A stretch of 64,000 nt of DNA, taken from NCBI GenBank assembly GCA_951406725.2, contig OX597830.1, positions 67,518,001 to 67,582,000 on the forward strand, read 5' to 3'. Below are positions 52,861 through 64,000 of the stretch, piece by piece. The position numbers and the translations under genes are program-made. Every line of letters starts with the position of its first letter. Position 1 is the stretch's first letter. This DNA comes from Octopus vulgaris (lineage: Eukaryota). A model generated the notes under the pieces. That model had not been told where the DNA came from and made no database searches. It saw only the letters and a program-made list of their open reading frames with translations.

Positions 52861-54960
52861 ATTTGTTTAATTTACTTGTTATTTATTGTTTACATGCTGT
52901 AAAACCTATTGTATTTTCCTGCTTTTGTCTTTTTATGTGTTATCATGTCATTTAATGTTACTGTATTTGAGGCCTTGTGGCTAATAAAAGAACTGACTAT
53001 TATTGTTGTTGTTGTTGTGCCTTGGTTGGGTGTGTTTTTGGAGCTCTCCATAAGTGGTTATTAATTGTTGTGTTTCTTGAATTTTGTTGAGTTGTTTTGT
53101 TTTCTGAACCCCTTTTGAGGATGGGAAGGAAGACTGGCACATGGTCCTCCAAAGAAAAGAAAACGCAAAACGAAAGAGGGTAGGCACACACAGGCAGAAC
53201 AATTCAACAGCAGCAAAACACAGACACAACCACCAGCAACCTACACCAGCACTATTTTCACCAACACTACCACCCCAAACACACACATTAACACAAATTG
53301 TAACATCAAAAGACCCCACAAGCACCATGAAGCTTTCTTTGCTTTCTTTGCTGAATGTTTCGTTTTTTGTACACATCTGCATTGTATTTTTCATTTGTTC
53401 TGTCATAGTTCGGATTCTGTGTATCATACATTTTGTTCTCTACAAGAACAGACATTTCTTTCTGCATATTTCATCTGTGTTTGTACACATGCATTGTTCA
53501 AACAACTGTTTTACCATGTTTCATTTTTCTGTGCCTTTCCATTGCACACATACATTTCGCCCACCTTCCTTTTGTTCAACTGTTTGCAGTCTAAGGAAGG
53601 GGCACATGCACAGTTATCTCCCCTGACAGATGTTGTCTAAATAGCTTGCCACTAAGTGGCATGGCATGTAACTTTGAAGTTCCAGGGACTTCCTTCTTCC
53701 TCTTTGTCACCGGAATCAGTAGTGTGTAAGGACGTAAACTCCTTAGGTCTTGCATGAGGTACACAACAACTAATAGTCTTTGAGTAGCTATGACATATGA
53801 TACACAGAAGTTGAACATGGCCTTTCGCTTGTAAATACCTTTTGTGATTTATTCAACTCGTATACATTTTGTGACACCAGGAGTAAAAGCATTTAAAAGC
53901 TACAGTTTGGTTCTGAGAATTCATTGTATCAGTATCCAGTACCTATGAATGTAGTTAGAGGTGGAGAGAAAGATAGAGAGAGAGGGGGTGTGGAGAGAGA
54001 GAAACTTATTCAGAACATTAACTGGTGAATATTTTAAAAACATTTTCTTATGGTAATGTTCTGGATTTTCTTACAACAATTAGAAATGTTGTCATCGTCA
54101 TCATCTTTTGATGTCCATTTCCCATGCTGACATTGATGGACAATTTGATAGGAGTTGGCAAACCAGAGAGCTGCACCAGATTCCAGTTGTCTATTCTGGA
54201 ATGGTTTCTATGACTGGATGCCCTTCCTAATGACAACCAATCTACAGAGCATACTTGGTGCTACTTACGAGGCACCAGCAAAGGTGCATTATATGTGGCA
54301 ATAGCATGGGTGGTTTATACATGGAACTGGCACAAGTGCTTTATGTGTGGCATCGCCATAGGTTCATTTTATGTGGTACCAGCACCTGCAAGTTTGCAAG
54401 ACAAGGACTTCTCAGCTGAGAGAGTGTGAGTAGAACCAAGGGAATAGAGTATGATGGGACATCTTAGATCAAAAGTAGCCCACTTACTATCAAGGAGATA
54501 CTTGGCAACCTTGGCAGGACAAGGAAAGAGTTAGGGAGAGAGAAAGAGATAGAGAGACAGTCAAGGTGATAGAGAGAGGGCCTGACCACAGGGAACAGTG
54601 AGGGTTGTATAAGTCGCATAGAGGGGAAAGATGGGGATGTTCCTTAAGAGTGTGAGGGGAGATGTTTTGAGATAACAAAAAATAGCAAGAGCTGTTAAGT
54701 GGAATTGGAGAAGTTGGGAGGTGGGTATGGTAAATATGTGAAGGCATGCAGTGTGTGTGGATAGGTACGTGAGGGAGAATGGAAGAGAGTTCAGCAGTGG
54801 ATGGTGGGTGTGTGAAGAATATGGGTTAAAAGTTTTATCTTACATTTCCATTTTGATTACATTTCAATTATTTAACAATAAAATCCATTAATGTATGTTA
54901 CCTCATACTAAGTCTTAATTAGCACACACACTCATAGACATGTAAAATAAAAGTTCTTAC

Positions 54961-55093
54961 CTAAACATGGCAATTAATAGATTGAGAAGTAAAATATTTG
55001 TTAGTAAAACATATATACACATCAAAATTATTGCGCTATAAGTAGTGATTTCAGTGGGACATGTGCTGTTGTTTTCCTTACAATTGGAATTTC
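54961..55093 (-). CDS. TRPM: TRPM outer pore + S6 exon (NSNCKENNSTCPTEITTYSAIILMCIYVLLTNILLLNLLIAMF)
   Basis: TTTCAG/GTAAG boundaries, 133 nt, phase-compatible on both sides; NILLLNLLIAMF signature and the pore-loop Cys pair. Confidence 0.97.
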
Positions 55094-55689
55094 CTGAAAC
55101 AAAGCAAATGAAAAGACATTAGATATCTTAACAATTATAATAATACTGTAATAGCATCTTAAACTTTTACTTAAGAACTCTTCCCCTAAGTAAGGTGTTG
55201 GCAACATGATCTTTGTGAGTTATTATCAAACAATAATAAAATTAGAGCCTGGTACTCTTGCATGAATTCTCTATTGTAGAAAATTATCATAACTTAGGTA
55301 GCAGTGAAACACTGGAGTTGATGTAATCAACAATCCCTTCCCCCCAAATTTTATTATTATTATTTATTGTTCCATATTTCATAGATTGAGGTAAATTTCT
55401 ATTGCATCACCTGCTACTCCTCCTTGTTGCAGGACTGTATAGTAGTGTGTGTTCTTTTCTGCTGTTGGGGGTGTGCAAGCTCTTTCCAGTACTTTATTTT
55501 GTTAGTTTTTCTTTTCTTTAAAGCGTGGTGCTGTCTTTTGTCATGTTACTGCTTGTATTGTGTGTTGAGTGTGGAATGGTTTGGTACCTTAACTTGCTGG
55601 TGGGGGTTTATTTCACTGGATAAATGCTGTATAGAGTGTATCTAGTATTTGTGGGTTGTTTTGTTTAGATTGTATTACTAGATTGATAG

Positions 55690-57650
55690 TGTCGTCTTGC
55701 ATTGGATGTGGACTGTTCCCAGCAAGGCTATTTTTTCGACAGTGTGTAGTGTTGAGGATTTAAGTATAGCTTCTAAGTTTTTGTTCATATCTTCTTTTAT
55801 CATGCCCAATATTCTCTCATTGGTATACACCACATTTTGAATACATCAATTTCGTGGTCTTTGTACTTTGACAACTTTTCCACTTCATTTTTGACAATAT
55901 TTTGATCAGAAGGGACCACAATGTCTATCAGTAAGTGGATGTTTTTTTCCCAATCCTTGACTATTATGTCTGGGAGATTCAGTTTTATTTTTTTTGTTAG
56001 TTTGAACCAGCAAATCCCAGATGATTGTGGCCTTGCTTGGCACATGTTAATACCACCTGTAGTCAGTTTTGATGTTGTAATGTTGGCATATTGTCCAGTG
56101 GATATAACTGATTACTCTGTTGTGTCTATATATATATTCATACTTGGCAAGGACTGAGCATCACAAAATGATGTCAACTTTCTCATTGTGCTGGTTGCAC
56201 ATTCTGCATTTGGTGTTGAAGCCTTTTTTCATTATTTTGTTTTGATAATTGTAGTCAGGTATTGATCTTGTGCAGCAAGAATCAGTCCTTCTGCTTCAGT
56301 TTTCAAGTCCAGAGCTTTTGAGCCATTGTTGGCCTTTACTTCAGTCCACTTATCTCTGTCATGAAGTGATTTTTCTCTCCATTTTTTCTTGAGTATCTTT
56401 CGTAATTCAGTTTTCATGTTGTTTTTTGTCCCTTTGACCATTTCTGCTATGTTGTCACCTGAGGTCACTGTGTCAGATTAGTTTGTTTCTGTTTTGTATT
56501 TTGTTGCCTCCTTGTTTGTAGAGAAAGGCATTTTCTTTTTCTCGTGTTGCTTTACTACATGCAGTAGTCTTCCATTATCTGCAATCTAACTGTTGTTATT
56601 TTATAGTAATTCCCTATCTGTATAAGACCATGGTCTCCTTCTGAATGGGGTAGATATATCCTTTCTACATCTCCTTTGGGGTTGTGACTGGTATGTTGTT
56701 AGTAGTTTTCTGGTTTTTCTATCTAGGTTTCTCAATTCACTAGCCTTCCAGCTTATTACATCAAAACTGTAATTTACAACTGGTATGGCTAGCATGCTTA
56801 TCCCCATTATCTTATTAAGTTCAATGTTTAATATTAGTCTACCTCTTCTGTAATATTCTCTCCAAATTTTCTCTTTCATTTCTGTGTTGTAATTTTGCTC
56901 TTTTGTCTATTCTTAGATATTTGTATGGGTGCTTGTAATCTGATTCTCTAGTTTCTGTTTCTATGTTAAGTGCAGTGTTTTCAGTACTGAATAATTTGCT
57001 TTTTCTCAGTGTGATTTTGGCACATTTGTCCAGCCCAATCTCATTCCGATGTCATTGCTGAAACTCTGAACAATTTTGACAAGGTTTCTCTGTTCCATGG
57101 TGCTTTTAGCAAAATGTTTTAGGTCATCCGTGTACAGGAGATGGCTTATTTTTTGTCCATAGCACCCATGGTGGTTTTGTTTTACAAGTTTGTTAGTGGG
57201 GTCAGAGAAAGACAGAAAAGCAGGAGTGACTGTAAGTCTCCATGGGAAATCTCTCTTCTTATGGGTACAGGGTAGGTTTTAATAACTTGTGAGTCATTTT
57301 TTAATGTTATACTGGTTTTCAAGCTTGCCATTGCATGTTTAATATATTTTAGTAGTGGTAGTGTAGTACCATATTTGTGTGGATGGATTCCAGTATCTAT
57401 GAGTGTGGAACACTGTAGAATGCTTTCTGGTAATCAATTCAAGTCATGTTTGTCTTTTTCTTCTTACAGTTCTTTATTATGGCTTGGTTTAACTAGAAGT
57501 TGCTCCTTACAAACATACATCCCTCTCAGGTACCCTTTTTTGCACTTCTGCTAAAACATTGTCATTTTCCAGGTACTTTATAAGCTGGTTATAGATGACT
57601 GATGCTAGGGTTTTGTGGGATGTTGATAGGCATGTTATTGATCTGTAATT
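55690..57650 (-). mobile_element. R4/Dong LINE fragment (RT + RLE)
   Basis: NYRSITCLST, ISHLLY.DDLK, GLDKCA, LAIPVVNYSF, EAEGLILAAQDQ, PDIIVKD..IDIVVPSD..KLSKYKD. Confidence 0.88.
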
Positions 57651-57654
57651 ATTA

Positions 57655-58091
57655 TGGCAAGCTGACAGAATCATTACCATGCTGAGCAAAGTGCTTTGTG
57701 GAATTTTGTTCATGATCTGGGTTCAGATTCCACTGAGGTCAACTTTGCCTTTTATCCTTTTGGGATTGATAAATTAAGAACCAGTGAAACACTGGGGTCA
57801 ATGTAATCAACTAGTTCTCTTCCCACCAAAGTCCAGGCCTTGTTCTTATAATAGAAAGGATTATTGTTATTATCATTACTATTACTATGGTAAGCAGGCA
57901 GAATCATCAACATGTTGGACAAAATGATTTGCAGTATTTTGTTCATGCTCTCGATTAAAATTCTTCTGAGGTCAACTTTGCCTTTCATCCTTCCAGGGTT
58001 AATTAATTAGGTAATAGTTGAGTACTGGAGTCGATGTGATCAACTGTCCCACCCACTAAAAAATCCAGGCCTTTTGCCTATAATAGAAAGG

Positions 58092-58136
<45 letters not shown>

Positions 58137-58889
58137 GAGTGAGAGAGCAGTGCATGCCATCAAAGTGATACTGGGGTAAAGTATATGAAGCCCAGTATAT
58201 CCATCATGACTCCCCGTCTGATAAGGGTACACCAGGCACATGCATCACAATCATATGCACGCAACATGGTTATCTTATATTAAATTAAGCTGAGCATGAC
58301 CTTGCAGGTGAGGCTTAGTTAGAATATTCTTCCGGTCAAGTAGCCCATCCCACTAAGAAGGTCCTTGAATAAGGGTTGCTCAAGGATGTTGAATGAAACA
58401 CCTGTGTTTCCAGAAGTGAATTATCCAAACCCCAAAGAATTCCTCTCAGCACATGGCTATGATGCTCCCCCACTACTTCTGATGACGATCAAAGATGCAC
58501 AATATTGCCAACCACTAAGGGATATACTCAACTGGTTATGGTCAAACAACTGACAAGCACGTCTGTTGTATTGAGCAGATTATTTGCTGTAGGCCATCTT
58601 TTATATCAAGACAAAACAATGTACATGTACTTCCAATCAGTCAAGATCAGAAGTGATATTATTGTTATTGTTATTAAGGTGGTATGCTGGCAGAATCATT
58701 AGCACGCTGAACAAAATGCATCATGGTATTTTGTCCATCGCTATGTTCTGACTTTAAATGCCACTGAGGTAGACTTTGCCATTCATCCTTTCAGGATAGA
58801 TAAATTGGGTATCAGTGAGACACTGGGGTCAATGTAATTGACTAACCCCCTCCTCTCAAATTTCAAGCCTTGTGCCAATAAAAGAAAGG

Positions 58890-58944
<55 letters not shown>

Positions 58945-58950
58945 CCATTA
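57655..58950 (+). mobile_element. Cluster of three (AAT)n-tailed tRNA SINEs with a Nin-like domain, plus an unrelated repeat at about 58137-58650
   Basis: Copies at about 57655, 57890 and 58677; each has CTTTGCCTTTCATCCTT..GAT..ATTAAG..CAGT and ends AGAAAGGATTATT. Confidence 0.8.
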
Positions 58951-59503
58951 TTATTGAATATTTCTATGATTATTGTTATCATCATCATCGATGATGATGA
59001 TGATGATGATAATGATGATTATGATAACTTATTAAATATGGAGTCAAAAGTTTCAAATGACATATTCCTTTTCATTTTCTTGTATCAACTGCAATTAGGT
59101 AACAGAACAAAACATTTCTTCTTGAATGGAGCATGTAAAAGGCATTACAATTGGATGTTATTGGTCATGTTATCCAAAATATTGTCAAAAATAGAAAATA
59201 TAAAAATTTATTTTCTCAAAGCACATGGGCGGATTTTGTCTAGATTAAATCAAATCCTAAATAATACAAGAACTTAATGTATTGATAACAGATGAATAAA
59301 AGCAAAGTTGAATCAGACATGATTTCATTTGAGAATTTAGAGGGTAAAAATATATTCTTTAAAACTATATTTACAATTTCTGCTAATACATTCCACCAAA
59401 TTAGAAAATTACTTTTCCTAATGAAACTCAAGAATATGTTTGCAAGCCATTGTTTCTGCCAATTCCCCAAACAGAAATTGAAAAATATATCAAATTTGTT
59501 TAC

Positions 59504-59678
59504 CTTCATATTCTTCAAGAAAAAGTTCTGCATATATAAGAAAATATGCTTTTCTAAATACTTCTTTAAACAAATCAAATGAAGCCGGTGTACTTGGATT
59601 GAGAATTGATTGGGTAGCAATGCCAAAGGCAGTCATGAAAGTGAAAATAATCATGGCAAAATATCCAAGGTCTCGCAT
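59504..59678 (-). CDS. TRPM: TRPM S5 + pore helix exon (MRDLGYFAMII...AFGIATQSILNP...AYFLIYAELFLEEYE)
   Basis: CTTCAG/GTAAA boundaries, 175 nt; DL..F..I......FG.A.Q.IL.P motif. Confidence 0.95.
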
Positions 59679-60404
59679 CTGAAGTTAAAGAATTTTGTTG
59701 TAAAGCAGAAACAATTAACTATTTGTTAAGTTAATATTAATTGATGCATTTAACATTACAAAATAACAAACTATCAAGTTAAAAGATATTCTATTCAAAG
59801 TGAGATTTAATTAATATTTGATTTTTTCTTTACTGTGGTGGATGTAATGGAGAGAACCTCCACAATTATGATAATTAGTGGTTGAACTGAATGTTCCTAA
59901 ACTTTTATTGTTTCCCTTCTGGAACAAGTATGCAAAAATCTGTTTTGGAAGTTTTCTTATATTGTAATTGCTTTAGTAAATACTATATCAAATGCTGCTA
60001 TAGCAACTGCTAAGAAAAATGTTAAAAATCTCTCATCCTTGTTTTTCACTTCACATCTCAGCTTATAAATTAAAATGGTGCTGAATGATTTGGCTTTAAA
60101 AGTGTCTCAATAAAATCCCTGTGTAGGATTGCGGTAGCGAAAATACATGTCTGATAATACATAACCGATAAAATCTGAAGAAATACCTCTTTAGATAAAT
60201 TATGAAAATATGGCTTTCTAATAGTTTAATATTTTATAAACAGATTTATAAAAGAGACAAGCATTTAGTTATAAAATGGCACAATTGACTGCATTTTCCA
60301 GTTTCTATGAAGTCTTTGAACTATTGTCCCAGAGGTTAACAAACCCTGCTTCCCATCCACCTGATTAGTAAACTTTTATTTACTGCTCACCAGATATCTT
60401 ACTC

Positions 60405-60620
60405 TTAATCCTTTAGCAGTCAGATTAATTTGGCAAATTTAATGCGTATTTAGTCACATTGTTTTGAAATAATCATGCATTATCTCCTAGCTTCAAAATT
60501 TTGATGATATAATTGTTTATTTCTAGAATCACATTGTTGAGTAGGTGTGAAAAGCCAGATCTGGCTTGTTTGAATATAAAAGAAGTAGAATATTTGGGCT
60601 GGATATGGCTGGTTTATTAC
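60405..60620. mobile_element. Possible TTAA-type MITE, decayed right end
   Basis: Starts TTAATCCTTTAGC; no clean second TIR. Confidence 0.3.
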
Positions 60621-61207
60621 TACATTGATAGTTACCGATAATCTGAACTCATAAACAGCAGTCATTTGACACATCACATTCTTACTTCCATTACTTCCAG
60701 AGACACATCTGAATCTCATTTTCAAATTATTTCATTCTTGGTAATGTATAGATAATTCTTCAATATCAATTTCCATCTTTCAACATAATTTACCCTTGGT
60801 TACTAATTGTGACAATTCAAGCTGAGTTAGCATTTCCTACTCTTGGAAAATAAAACTAAAACTATGTGTAAATGGAAACTGAAAGAAGCTTGTGTGTATG
60901 TGTGTGTGTCTTATCTGAAAATATGTAATGAAAACAGATAAGGGTTGGTGACAGGAAAAGAATCATCCTGTAGGAAATATGCTTCCATGAATTCTGTGTA
61001 AGACATGCAAGCATGGCAGAGTGGACATTGAAACATTAAAGGTATGATGATGATGAAGATAATGATGAGGAAGATGATGGCAGTATATACATCCAAACAC
61101 ACACACACACAGACTCACATTATTTACTCTGGTATCATGCAAGAAATTAGATATAGAAAATCAGGGCGATAATTTGGGAGAGGAGAGGGAATAGTATGGG
61201 TAAAGAT

Positions 61208-61383
61208 AGGCGCAGGAGTGGCTGTGTGGTAAGTAGCTTGTTTACCAACCACATGGTTCCGGGTTCAGTCCCACTGCGTGGCACCTTGGGCAAGTGTCTT
61301 CTACTATAGCCTCGGGCCGACCAAAGCTTTGTGAGTGGATTTGGTAGACGGAAACTGAAAGAAGCCCATCGTATATATGTATA

Positions 61384-61416
<33 letters not shown>

Positions 61417-61928
61417 TGTGTACAGTGCTCAGGTGCACTACAACTCATCTAAAGTGTATATATATAATCAGGTGTAGTTTCGGCGGATTTCGGAAAGCAT
61501 GAGGGCCTTAAAGGATGCAGTGTCATGGCAGTCAACAACTGATGCAGGCAGTTTATTCCATGCTTCAGCAACTCTGAGCGTGAAAAAATGTTTCCGAAAG
61601 TCATGGGAGCTGTGTTGTTTTCTGACTTTGTAGGCATGTCCACGTGTGTTAGACACATGGAGATCAAAAAGGTGTTCAGTGTTATTGTTGGTGAGGTGGT
61701 TGGTGAGGTGTGTGTTTGTGTGTCTTTGTTTGTCCCCCTAGCATTGCTTGACAACCGATGCTGGTGTGTTTATGTCCCCGTTACTTAGCGGTTCGGCAAA
61801 AGAGACCGATAGAATAAGTACTGGGCTTACAAAAGAATAAGTCCCGGGGTCGAGTTGCTCGATTAAAGGCGGTGCTCCAGCATGGCCACAGTCAAATGAC
61901 TGAAACAAGTAAAATAGTAAAATAGTAA

Positions 61929-61930
<2 letters not shown>
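61208..61930 (+). mobile_element. CORE-type SINE split by a CR1 insertion
   Basis: SINE head at 61208-61380 and tail at 61710-61930. Confidence 0.88.
61392..61705 (-). mobile_element. CR1-clade LINE 3' end with (ATT)n tail
   Basis: NTRGHAYKV..RKHFFTLRV..WNKLPASVV..SFK. Confidence 0.85.
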
Positions 61931-61970
<40 letters not shown>

Positions 61971-61997
61971 CTTAAAATTGAATAGAAGATCTGAAAT

Positions 61998-62043
61998 CCA
62001 CCTGATGAATGTCCTTTGAAGAGACATGAAACAATTGTAGTGG
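61998..62043 (+). ncRNA. Canonical minimal type I hammerhead ribozyme
   Basis: CCAC-CTGATGA-ATGTC-CTTTGAAGA-GACAT-GAAAC-AATT-GTA-GTGG. All core bases and stems are intact; predicted cleavage after A62039. Confidence 0.88.
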
Positions 62044-63067
62044 CGAATTTAATTTTATTTAATTTATATTAAATTTTTTTATGTATTGGATTAAGTCTTT
62101 CTTTGTTTGATTTGCAAAATAGTGGTTTTGTCTCTAATTAATATTATATTATATATATATATATATATATATTCAGCATAAACTTGTGCAAATGAAGATA
62201 TCAAAGTCAGTGACCCTGAGACATGTAATGACTAAAATATACAGTTTAATGCCACAGTATGTATAGCAGGAAATTGTGTTTGTATTTTGGTGGTATGTAG
62301 CTTGAAAATTGCATTACAGACATGATACAAGTGAAAAATGTTCAGCATACACGTTGAAGCGAAAATAATAAACATGTTGAGGAACAAATAATGAAAACAT
62401 AAAAGTACAGAGAAAAAAATGATTGCTCACAGTCAAGGTCGGATTTATAGTGGGGTAGAGTGGGCAACTGCCCTGGGCGTCTGTTAGATATTGGGAGCTG
62501 CCTGCTAAGAAGGGTATGTAACAGTCAGGCATGAAGAGGCTCAGTTTGAATATACAAGGGTAGTTTGACTTCTTAAAAAATTGATGGGTTCTCTTTTATG
62601 ATAAATCATCATCATCATCATTCATTGTCCATCGTCTATGCTGGTATGAGTTGGATGGATTGACCATAGCTAGCAAACTAGAAGGCTGCACCAAACTCCA
62701 GTCTGATTTGGCATGGTTTCTGCAACTGGATGCTCTTCCTAACACCAAGATGGTAATGGATGCTTTTACATGCTACTAGCAAGGGTGCTATATGCATGAC
62801 ACCAGCATCTGCAGCAACTGCAATTTTACTTGGCTTGATGGGTTTTATTTTCAAGCACAACAATGCCAAGGATCTCAGTCATTTCTCATTGCCTCTGTGA
62901 GGCAGATTTTGCCACATTGGAGACACTAATTAATACAATTAATTACGCTGCTTCAGTCTCAAAGCAGCTTACAATTCTCAAGGGAATTGTAAGCTGCTTT
63001 TGAGACAACAAAGAAAAGGGAAACAACAGAACACTCCTAGAAATGTATGTATGTATTTATATATGTG

Positions 63068-63099
<32 letters not shown>

Positions 63100-63311
63100 T
63101 GTATGTATGTATGTATGTATGTGTGTATGTGTGTATTTATCATTGAGTATATGTGTGTTTGAGTGTGAGTGTGTAAGTATGAATGTATATAAAAATAAAG
63201 TGATTGATAGAAAGAAATTATTGTCTCTAGGCCAAATTCCTTCTTTTGACACATGACTGAGCAAATGAACTTTGGTTGACCATTTTCAGTTAAAAGTGCA
63301 CATGTGTGCGT

Positions 63312-63343
<32 letters not shown>

Positions 63344-64000
63344 TTCTACTTCTAAACTTATTTCTGTGAGGCATTGAAAACTGGTTCTATTTTATGAAAC
63401 AAGTAAATAAATATGTAACAAAATTTAAATTTTGAATTTAGCTTTAATTGTATATATTATAAATTACATCTTTCAACAGCTAAAATCATTCTTTTTTGAC
63501 TTTAGAATTATTGCATATACATTCAAATGTATTTCATTAAATTGAACCCTTTTTTTTTACTTATTTTTTCCTATATTTTTTGTCATTTTGTCAAACACTT
63601 AGAAGTACTATATGGAAGTGGGACAAAATGAATAATTTTTGATTTCTTGTTACTTTTTCACATTTTGTACCATTGCATAATCTTTGGGAATAAAATTTGG
63701 TCGGTAGAGGTTACGTTGTTGGGAATAAAAATTGGTCAGTATAGTTTACATAATTGTTGTTGAAGTGGAAACTTTCAAACATAGGTGACAGGTGTTTATT
63801 TTCAAGAAATTTTTCCTCAAATTTGACCCAACTGTAATTGAAGTAGCTCATAAAATATCTATAATTTTTGAAAAAGCTACACAGAATATTTTTTGTTGAA
63901 TTTTTAGATTTCATTGACTTTCATTAATTTCATATCATGTGCTATTTTTCTATGATTCTCTTTCATTTGTCCAAGATATTTCAAATTTGTTGCATTTCTG

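Noticed and set aside
52981-53830. ORFs of 148 and 161 aa, possibly a LINE ORF1 with a zinc knuckle
   Set aside because: Only a partial KGHM motif amid low-complexity sequence; cannot be assigned.
59700-64000. Further TRPM exons (S1-S4) on the minus strand, including ORFs at 62314 and 63711
   Set aside because: No RLL..F or LGP motifs and no fitting splice sites found; these exons probably lie beyond the window.

Overview
AT-rich, microsatellite-dense eukaryotic DNA. The SINE/LINE repertoire and (TA)n/(ATC)n/(AAT)n density suggest an octopod cephalopod (inference). One host gene is visible, a divergent TRPM-family ion channel. Six phase-compatible N-terminal (MHR1/2, SLOG) exons lie on the + strand (19536-46467), left of a 100-N gap (47374-47473). 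Three C-terminal exons (S5-pore, S6, TRP domain) lie on the - strand (59678-48471), right of the gap, so the two halves point at each other. The rest is mostly mobile DNA: RTE, R4/Dong, Tx1 and CR1 LINE remnants, three SINE-like families, a full-length disabled mariner and Penelope-like elements (PLE). The least obvious signal is about a dozen minimal type I hammerhead ribozyme motifs (CUGANGA / stem II / GAAAC-short loop-GUH). They occur in PLE 3' regions and in short non-coding, retrozyme-like units: one has a tRNA-like Pol III head next to the gap, one is bounded by an exact 24-bp direct repeat, and some form inverted pairs. All calls were made by eye; most short ORFs in the track are microsatellite or repeat artefacts.
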